From an uncultured Methanosarcinales archaeon (lineage in GTDB: Archaea > Nanobdellota > Nanobdellia > Woesearchaeales > GW2011-AR9): DNA of 64,000 nucleotides. The notes beneath the pieces were generated by a model. That model made no database searches, was not told where the DNA came from, and saw nothing but the letters and a program-made list of their open reading frames with translations. Made by a program: the position numbers and the translations under genes. Positions 57,573 to 64,000 of the stretch are shown here, in pieces. Numbering within the stretch: position 1 is the first letter of the stretch; each line of letters starts with the position of its first letter. The stretch is taken from NCBI GenBank assembly GCA_964604645.1, contig CAZRZP010000006.1, forward strand, positions 1,953 to 65,952, given 5' to 3'.

Positions 57573-57688
57573 TTTATTTTTTGTTTACCATTATTTTTTA
57601 TTTTGTTTTTTTAAAAGTTAATTCACTTACTTCTTATAACAAATTCATTTGCCAAAACTTTATAAATAACCTTATTCCCCGTTTGGGA

Positions 57689-57859
57689 ATGGAAGCAAAA
57701 CATTGTAGCTCATGTAAAAAAGATACAACAAATGATTCATCTGCAGTGAATTTTCCTTGCCCTAAATGTGCAGGTATTGAAATTACTAGATGTACTCAAT
57801 GCAGAAGTAACGCAATTCCTTATTTATGTCCACAATGCGAATTTAAGGGGCCTAACTAA
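57689..57859 (+). CDS. Zn-ribbon protein (HVO_2753/DUF1610-like)
   Basis: Four CxxC motifs, FPCPKC..RC..CR...YLCPQCEFKGPN; usual position upstream of EF-1beta. Confidence 0.88.
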   Translation: MEAKHCSSCKKDTTNDSSAVNFPCPKCAGIEITRCTQCRSNAIPYLCPQCEFKGPN

Positions 57860-57860
57860 G

Positions 57861-58139
57861 ATGGGAAAAGCAGTAGTTACATTTAAATTAATGCCAGAAT
57901 CTGTTGAGGTAGATTTAGGGCCAATTAAAGAAGCTGCAAGAAAGATTGCGCAAAATGCTGGGGCAATTGGTGAGATGCAAGTTAAAGAGGAACCTATTGC
58001 TTTCGGTTTGAAAGCAGTTCTTGTTTTAGTGATGTATGAAGTAGAAGGTTCTGACTTTGATAGGATTGCTGAAGAAATGCGACAATTAGAGAATGTCCAG
58101 TCTGCAGAAATAGCTAAAATGGATCTGGCTTTAGGATAG
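57861..58139 (+). CDS. ef1b: Elongation factor 1-beta
   Basis: KLMPESVEVDL, EEPIAFGLKA. Confidence 0.93.
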   Translation: MGKAVVTFKLMPESVEVDLGPIKEAARKIAQNAGAIGEMQVKEEPIAFGLKAVLVLVMYEVEGSDFDRIAEEMRQLENVQSAEIAKMDLALG

Positions 58140-58196
58140 GCTTTTAAGGTTAATTTTTTATAGTTCTTTTAATTTCTAAATTAGAGGTGATAGTAT

Positions 58197-58448
58197 ATGG
58201 CAAAGAAAAAAGGTAAGCGAAGTGTTGCAACTAAAGAATCTGGTTGTTGTACCTGGTCTGGATGTAAAAAAGGAGATTTGGTATGGACTTTGGTGGCTGA
58301 GGCAGCAATTTACGGATTCTTCTATTGTGGATTAAGATATTTAGGTTCTGCAGGTAATCTATGGCAGAATGCTTTAGTGTTATTAGTCTTAATTAATGTA
58401 GCGTGGTTCGCATGTCCAATTGCAAGAAAACATTTTTACTGTAATTAA
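58197..58448 (+). CDS. Small Cys-rich two-TM membrane protein
   Basis: GAGGTGA Shine-Dalgarno; basic N-terminus, CC..C, two hydrophobic helices, ACP near the C-terminus. Confidence 0.65.
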   Translation: MAKKKGKRSVATKESGCCTWSGCKKGDLVWTLVAEAAIYGFFYCGLRYLGSAGNLWQNALVLLVLINVAWFACPIARKHFYCN

Positions 58449-58454
58449 TTTATT

Positions 58455-58814
58455 TTATTTTGTTTTTTTAAACTCCATCGCTGCACTATTAATACAATAT
58501 CTTTTACCACTAGGTTTAGGTCCATCGTCAAATAAATGGCCTAAATGCCCTTTACATTTTTTACATAAAACTTCAGTTCGAACCATGCCAAAACTTTTAT
58601 CCTCTTTGAGTTCAAGATTTTTATTATTTGCTGCAAAAAAGCTTGGCCAACCACTTCCAGAATCAAATTTTTTATCAGAAGAGAATAATTCCATACCACA
58701 TTGTCCACAGTGATAGGTACCTCCTTCTTTATTATGTAAAAGTTTTCCAGAAAAGGCAGGTTCAGTTTCCTTATCAATCAAAATCCTCTTCTGTTCTGGA
58801 GTGAGTTTTTTCAT
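58455..58814 (-). CDS. msrB: Peptide-methionine (R)-S-oxide reductase
   Basis: TEPAFSG, CGQC, KFDSGSGWPSF, RTEV.C..C.GHLGHLF.DGP, RYCINS. Confidence 0.96.
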   Translation of the reverse strand: MKKLTPEQKRILIDKETEPAFSGKLLHNKEGGTYHCGQCGMELFSSDKKFDSGSGWPSFFAANNKNLELKEDKSFGMVRTEVLCKKCKGHLGHLFDDGPKPSGKRYCINSAAMEFKKTK

Positions 58815-58825
58815 TTTATAATTAA

Positions 58826-59932
58826 TCACTTTAATAACTTAACAACGTCAGCTAACTTTTTATTTGTTTTAACTCCATTCACATTGAAATGAGTTCTTGT
58901 ACCCCTTAATTTTTTCAGAACAACATCAATTTTTGGAATAGATTTTTTATATTTCTTAGCAAGTATATGAACATCAAAAAAACCAACTAAATCTTTCTCT
59001 TTAGATAATTGTTCAAGAAATTTCTTCTCTTCAGGAAAATGATTAGTTGTAACCATTTTTTTCAATAAACTTTTATCCATTAAACTTCCTGACCAAAGTG
59101 GACCTGCAAATTGGTTTAATCCTTTTTCTTTATTCGTTTTTGAAACTGAAAAATCTAATGTTTTTGGGTTGAATAAAATATAGTCGTGTTGATTTATGAT
59201 GTTGTCGCAATTTGTTTTACCTTTCTTATTCTGAAAATAAATACGAAAATAATGATCTTTATGGTAAGCGAGGACTGGTATGAGAGCTTTATCAAATTGC
59301 ATTCCAATTAATTGCACTTTTCTGATTAATATTCTTAATCCTAATTCATGCATCATCCAATTTTTTTGTGAAGTTGCCCAATATTTTCTTTTTGTAACTT
59401 TTGGATAAGTTCCGCTTAGTGCAGCAGTATCAGTTGCAGTAATTGCTAAAACTCCATTCCTACATAATCTGGCAATAGCAGCAGAAAGAAATGGATTTGG
59501 CGTTCCAAATGGATCAATGTCAATGTAATCAAAATAACCGCAGTATTTTTCTGGTTTCTTTTTATCTTCAGTTTGATTTAACAGAAATAGAGAAGCGTCT
59601 TCGTTAAATATTGAAACTTTTTTTGTTGATTGTTTGTTGAATGTTAAATTGTTTGTTAAAGTTTTTTTAAATTTTGGATTATTATCATTAACAAAGATGT
59701 GGTTAATCTTTCCTTTTTTCAGTTCTTTTAGAAACCGAATTGCTCTAATTCCTGAACCAGCTAAAGGTAAAGCTAAATTCATTTGTTCATTTTCAATTGA
59801 ATTTAGAAGAAGGATAGAGATATTACGATTAGATTTCATAATTGGATTAAAAAATACAGGCATCTTTGAATGAACATCTTTTTTGGGTAATTCTACTTTT
59901 ATTGAAGCTGAATGTTCAGAGATTGTTTCCAT
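58826..59932 (-). CDS. trm1: tRNA (guanine26-N2)-dimethyltransferase
   Basis: VFFNP.M..NR, GSGIRAIR, DIDPFGTP, TATD, ELGLRIL, GPLW.G, RTHF. Confidence 0.93.
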   Translation of the reverse strand: METISEHSASIKVELPKKDVHSKMPVFFNPIMKSNRNISILLLNSIENEQMNLALPLAGSGIRAIRFLKELKKGKINHIFVNDNNPKFKKTLTNNLTFNKQSTKKVSIFNEDASLFLLNQTEDKKKPEKYCGYFDYIDIDPFGTPNPFLSAAIARLCRNGVLAITATDTAALSGTYPKVTKRKYWATSQKNWMMHELGLRILIRKVQLIGMQFDKALIPVLAYHKDHYFRIYFQNKKGKTNCDNIINQHDYILFNPKTLDFSVSKTNKEKGLNQFAGPLWSGSLMDKSLLKKMVTTNHFPEEKKFLEQLSKEKDLVGFFDVHILAKKYKKSIPKIDVVLKKLRGTRTHFNVNGVKTNKKLADVVKLLK

Positions 59933-60014
59933 ATGGATTAAAATACAAGTATAATATATAAAAATATGGAAGATTCCAGTTAAATTTAAAAAAACAGTTC
60001 AAACCAGTATAATT

Positions 60015-61790
60015 ATGTCAAACAGAAAACCTATAATAACACTCCTTGGACATGTAGATCATGGTAAATCTAGTATTTTAGATAAGATTAGAGGTACTGC
60101 TGTTGCAGCCAGAGAAGCTGGTGGGATAACGCAAGCAATTGGTTGTAGTATTGTTCCATTAGAAACAGTGAAGAAAATTTGTGGATCTTTGTTAGATGCG
60201 ACTAAAACTGATATGAACCTGCCTGGTTTGTTGTTTATTGATTCTCCAGGTCATGCAGCCTTTACCAGTTTAAGAAAAAGGGGAGGATCACTAGCAGACA
60301 TCGCAATTTTAGTTGTAGATATTAATGATGGGTTTAAACCACAAACCAAAGAATCTATTGAAATTTTGAAAGCAAATAAAGTTCCATTCATCGTTGCAGC
60401 TAATAAAATTGATCTACTGCCAGGTTGGCATTATGATGAAGGAAAATTTCTTCTACCAAGTGTTGCAGCATTATCAACTGAAGTTCAGGGAGAATTTGAA
60501 AAGAAATTATATGAAGTGGTTGGACAGTTTTCTGAGCTAGATCTACAAGCAGAAAGATTTGATAGAGTTGAAGATTATACTAAGCAAGTTGCGATAGTTC
60601 CAGTTTCAGCACATACTGGACAGGGAATTCCAGAATTATTAATGGTACTTACAGGTTTAGCACAAAAATATTTAGAAGAGCAATTAAAAGTTGAAGAATC
60701 TGGACCTGCAAGAGGAACCATATTAGAAGTTACTGAAGATAGAGGGTTGGGCACTACATTAAATGTAATAATCTATAACGGCCATCTGAAAGTTAATGAT
60801 ACTATTGTCATTGGTAGCACTGAAGAGCCAATTGTAACCAAAGTTAGAGCATTATTAGAACCAGCTGATCTAGCTGAAATGCGAGAGAAAAAAAGTAAAT
60901 TCAAAAATGTGAAAGAAGTGTTTGCAGCTACGGGAGTGAAGATTTCAGCTCCAAACCTAGATAAAGCAATTTCAGGTATGCCAGTAAGAAGTTGTGAAAA
61001 GGGAGATTCTGATAAGTGTGTAGCTGAAGTAAAAGAAGAAGTAGGACAAGTATTAAGTGGAGAAGAGCAGGAAATTGGTGTAATAATTAAAGCTGATACA
61101 ATTGGCGGATTAGAGGCTTTACAACATTTGCTTAAGGAAAAGGAAATTCCAATTAGTTATAGTGAGTTAGGTAATATTACAAAGAGGGACATTTCAAAAT
61201 TAGAATCAATTCCAGATGAATTCAGTAGAGTGATTTTAGGATTTAATATTGAAATCCCTGCAGATTTACAGGAAATTATTGTAAACAAGAAACTTAAAAT
61301 AATTACAAATAGTGTAATTTACAAAATAATTGAAGATTATGAGTTATTTATTGAAAACTTAAGAAAAAAAATAGAACAACAAAAATTATCTTCATTAGTT
61401 AGACCATGTAAATTTTTTGTAATGAAAGGTTACATTTTTAGGCAATCAAATCCAGCCATAGTTGGGGTTGAAATTGAAGTGGGAAAGATAAAAACTAGAG
61501 ATCCAATCATGAATGAAAATGGAAAGAGAATTTCAAGCGTTAAGAGCTTAAAAGAAGGACAGGAAAATATTACAATAGCGGAACAAGGTAAACAATTGGC
61601 AATGGCAATGGAAGGAGTTACAATAGGTAGGCAAGTAAATGAAGGGGATTTCTTATATACGGACATTCCAGAAGAAGATTTCAAGCAACTAAAAATTCTA
61701 AAAAAGCATTTATCTGCCAATGAGATAGCAGTTTTGAAGGAAATTGCTGAATTGAAAAGGAATGATAATCCGGTTTGGGGAGTTGGATGA
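60015..61790 (+). CDS. infB: Translation initiation factor aIF5B (IF-2)
   Basis: GHVDHGKS, EAGGITQ, DSPGH, NKID, FRQSNPAIVG; no intein. Confidence 0.97.
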   Translation: MSNRKPIITLLGHVDHGKSSILDKIRGTAVAAREAGGITQAIGCSIVPLETVKKICGSLLDATKTDMNLPGLLFIDSPGHAAFTSLRKRGGSLADIAILVVDINDGFKPQTKESIEILKANKVPFIVAANKIDLLPGWHYDEGKFLLPSVAALSTEVQGEFEKKLYEVVGQFSELDLQAERFDRVEDYTKQVAIVPVSAHTGQGIPELLMVLTGLAQKYLEEQLKVEESGPARGTILEVTEDRGLGTTLNVIIYNGHLKVNDTIVIGSTEEPIVTKVRALLEPADLAEMREKKSKFKNVKEVFAATGVKISAPNLDKAISGMPVRSCEKGDSDKCVAEVKEEVGQVLSGEEQEIGVIIKADTIGGLEALQHLLKEKEIPISYSELGNITKRDISKLESIPDEFSRVILGFNIEIPADLQEIIVNKKLKIITNSVIYKIIEDYELFIENLRKKIEQQKLSSLVRPCKFFVMKGYIFRQSNPAIVGVEIEVGKIKTRDPIMNENGKRISSVKSLKEGQENITIAEQGKQLAMAMEGVTIGRQVNEGDFLYTDIPEEDFKQLKILKKHLSANEIAVLKEIAELKRNDNPVWGVG

Positions 61791-61797
61791 GAACCCT

Positions 61798-62256
61798 ATG
61801 AAAATATTAAATTCCAGAGAAGTTAAGAAAATTCAACATAATTTAATTGAACAATTTGGTACAAAATTAGAAGGAGAATATGCTTTTTTTCAAAATAAGA
61901 AGAATAAAGTATTCATTTGTACTAAGGATTTAGCTAAAATTGATTTTGATAGGCTAAGGATAGAAAGATTTGGGTTATATTTAGGAGAAATTTCTGATGA
62001 ATTTAGGTTAAGCAAAGAAGGTGCCGCCCTATTTGTTACGGCTGCTGCAAAGAAAGGAAATAAAGTTGAAACAATAGCTATATCTAAAGAAGAGTTAATA
62101 GATTACTTCAGAGGGAATGATTTAGATAAAGAATTGGGTGAAAATAGATTTGTAATTTTGGATTATGAAGGAAATGTTATTGGTTGTGCTAAATATAAAG
62201 AAGGCAAAATTCTGAATTTTTTACCTAAAATACATCGTGGGACAGTTATTGTATGA
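61798..62256 (+). CDS. NIP7/PUA-like ribosome-biogenesis-associated protein
   Basis: GLYLG...FRLSKEGA and a PUA-like C-terminus (VILDYEGNVIGCAK...ILNFLPK). Start set to ATG 61798. Confidence 0.65.
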   Translation: MKILNSREVKKIQHNLIEQFGTKLEGEYAFFQNKKNKVFICTKDLAKIDFDRLRIERFGLYLGEISDEFRLSKEGAALFVTAAAKKGNKVETIAISKEELIDYFRGNDLDKELGENRFVILDYEGNVIGCAKYKEGKILNFLPKIHRGTVIV

Positions 62257-62317
62257 CTTAAAGAGTGTTACCATTGAAAAGTAAAGATTTATAAAGATTT
62301 GGTATTGAAATAACTAA

Positions 62318-62494
62318 ATGATAGAATACATAACTAAACGGGCATTGGGAATTCCACCACAAAATAGTATTGATCGAACTTTGGATAGAGTAGACAAAAT
62401 CGACATAACAAAATCGGCTGAGAGAGTTTATGAGTTGATTACATCTCCTGTTTCTAACTATATAGCTAAAAGAGCTTTAGGGATTAAGAGATAA
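62318..62494 (+). CDS. Small hypothetical protein (58 aa), absent from the ORF track
   Basis: MIEYITKRALGIPPQNSIDRTLDRVDKIDITKSAERVYELITSPVSNYIAKRALGIKR. TTTATAAA at 62288-62295 fits leaderless spacing; a 9-aa motif is duplicated. Confidence 0.6.
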   Translation: MIEYITKRALGIPPQNSIDRTLDRVDKIDITKSAERVYELITSPVSNYIAKRALGIKR

Positions 62495-62618
62495 GTTAGA
62501 TTCACCACTCAACCATAACAAAAGCTTCGAAAGATTTATAAAGTAGTTGCTATTTCTAAGTGAAAACACACGATCAAAATCAATATTCTATTGCTATTTG
62601 CAATAGAAGAGGTAAAAA

Positions 62619-64000
62619 ATGAATATAAAAAAAATTATAGGAATTTCGCTCTTGGTCATCTTTGCACTGAGCATTGTAGGCCAATCTGTCTTAGCAGATA
62701 AGGAAGCGAGTTTAAAAGTTTCTGAAAGCTTTATTGAAAAAAGTGAAGGAGAAACTGTCGAATTTAACGTATTAGCAAAAGGCGGCGATGTTTCAATTGA
62801 AAATAAGCCAGCAGATGCTAAATTTTATCAATATTCACAAGAAGAATGGATCTTCGTTTGGAATACTGATTATAAAGACTCTGGCAATTACATGTTAGAT
62901 ATTAAGGTAACTAGAAATAAAATTATACTTAGCAAATCTGTTGCAATTGTTGTAAAGAATGTAAACCAAAAACCAACTTTATCAATTGATAAAGATCATT
63001 ACTTTACTGAAGGTGAATTAAAAACAATCAAATTTAAAGTAAATGATCCTGACGGAGATGATGTTAAAGTTTACTGGGGAGATTACCCATACGGAAGTGA
63101 AATGACTAAAGTTGATAGTAAGAACTACGTTATTTCATGGAAGCCTGGATTTAATGATTTCGGCGACTATAATCCAAGAATCATCATTAATGATAATGCT
63201 GGATCTGGAGATATAACATACACAACTAATTTTCACGTAGGCAATGTAAATTTGTTTCCTTTAATTGAAGTCCCATACACATCAAAGAATGTTGAAGTAG
63301 GTCAATTAGTTAGCTTTGATGTTAAAGTCACAGATTTCGACAGTAATAAAAAGCCAGTTGTAACAGTTGACGGAGACTTAAAAGATAAATTCAATTTAAC
63401 AACTAGCAAATTTGCTTGGACTCCAAAACAGGAAGAAATAGGTAAAACATTAACCTTAAAGATTAGTGCTAAAGATGATTCAAACTATACTGTAACTAAA
63501 GAAATTAAGTTTACTGTAAAGAAATCATCTGTAGATACTGACGGCGATTCAGTTTCAGACTTACTTGACAACTGTCCAGCAGTTGTAAATAAAGATCAAT
63601 TAGACACTGATGGAGACAAGAAAGGAGATGCTTGCGATACAGACAAAGATGGAGACAGCGTTCTTAATACAAAAGATAACTGCCCATTGAATGCTAATAG
63701 CAAGCAGGAAGATATGGACAACGACGGTACTGGAGACGTTTGTGACTCAGACAAAGACGGAGACAAAATTGAAAATACAAAAGATAACTGTCCGACTGTA
63801 GTTAACAACGATCAAAAAGATACCGACGGAGACAAAATCGGCGATGCTTGTGAAGGTACAAACCCCGAAAAGAAAGATCCAGTAGTTCCTAAAACAGCTG
63901 ATGAGAAAAAATACGATGATCTGAAGAAAGACTTTGATGATTTAGAAGATAAATTTGAGAAGTATGAAGACAAGTACAAAGATGCAATCAGTGACAAGGA
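62619..64000 (+). CDS. Secreted Ig/cadherin-like plus thrombospondin type-3 repeat protein (runs off the window end)
   Basis: ATG 62619 after GAGGT; signal peptide MNIKKIIGISLLVIFALSIVGQSVLA; DPDGD cadherin-like modules; DNCP repeats at about 63530-63860; no stop before 64000. Confidence 0.85.
   Translation, partial: MNIKKIIGISLLVIFALSIVGQSVLADKEASLKVSESFIEKSEGETVEFNVLAKGGDVSIENKPADAKFYQYSQEEWIFVWNTDYKDSGNYMLDIKVTRNKIILSKSVAIVVKNVNQKPTLSIDKDHYFTEGELKTIKFKVNDPDGDDVKVYWGDYPYGSEMTKVDSKNYVISWKPGFNDFGDYNPRIIINDNAGSGDITYTTNFHVGNVNLFPLIEVPYTSKNVEVGQLVSFDVKVTDFDSNKKPVVTVDGDLKDKFNLTTSKFAWTPKQEEIGKTLTLKISAKDDSNYTVTKEIKFTVKKSSVDTDGDSVSDLLDNCPAVVNKDQLDTDGDKKGDACDTDKDGDSVLNTKDNCPLNANSKQEDMDNDGTGDVCDSDKDGDKIENTKDNCPTVVNNDQKDTDGDKIGDACEGTNPEKKDPVVPKTADEKKYDDLKKDFDDLEDKFEKYEDKYKDAISDK

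Noticed and set aside
58455-58814. Selenocysteine-containing MsrB
   Set aside because: The catalytic residue is a normal Cys (RYCINS) and there is no in-frame TGA.

Overview
AT-rich archaeal chromosomal window with no CRISPR array, transposase or provirus. It carries archaeal informational genes (FEN1, EndA, Trm5, Trm1, ABCE1, aEF-1beta, aIF5B, archaeal-type GluRS, RtcA) and TTTATAAA-type promoters. It also has many bacterial-like metabolic genes (class II Fba, RpiB, Rpe, Lgt, RadC, MsrB) and large surface proteins. By inference this fits a DPANN archaeon, most likely Woesearchaeota. Elements missing from the ORF track: a C/D-box-like K-turn RNA (460-533, -); a tRNA-Thr(CGU) with two introns; a tRNA-Trp(CCA) whose 49-nt intron looks like a minimal guide RNA for its own Cm34; two small ORFs; and a truncated surface-protein gene at the right edge. 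Best leads: (1) a secreted protein ending in an outer-membrane-beta-barrel-like domain with a C-terminal Phe, co-oriented with adhesins, in a genome with bacterial Lgt; (2) an HTH + CASTOR-like ACT protein divergent from a eukaryote-like argG-argH pair; (3) a tandem AbrB-like protein preceded by phased 10-bp repeats and coupled to a 1821-aa beta-helix surface protein. All calls come from reading motifs by eye; no searches were run.
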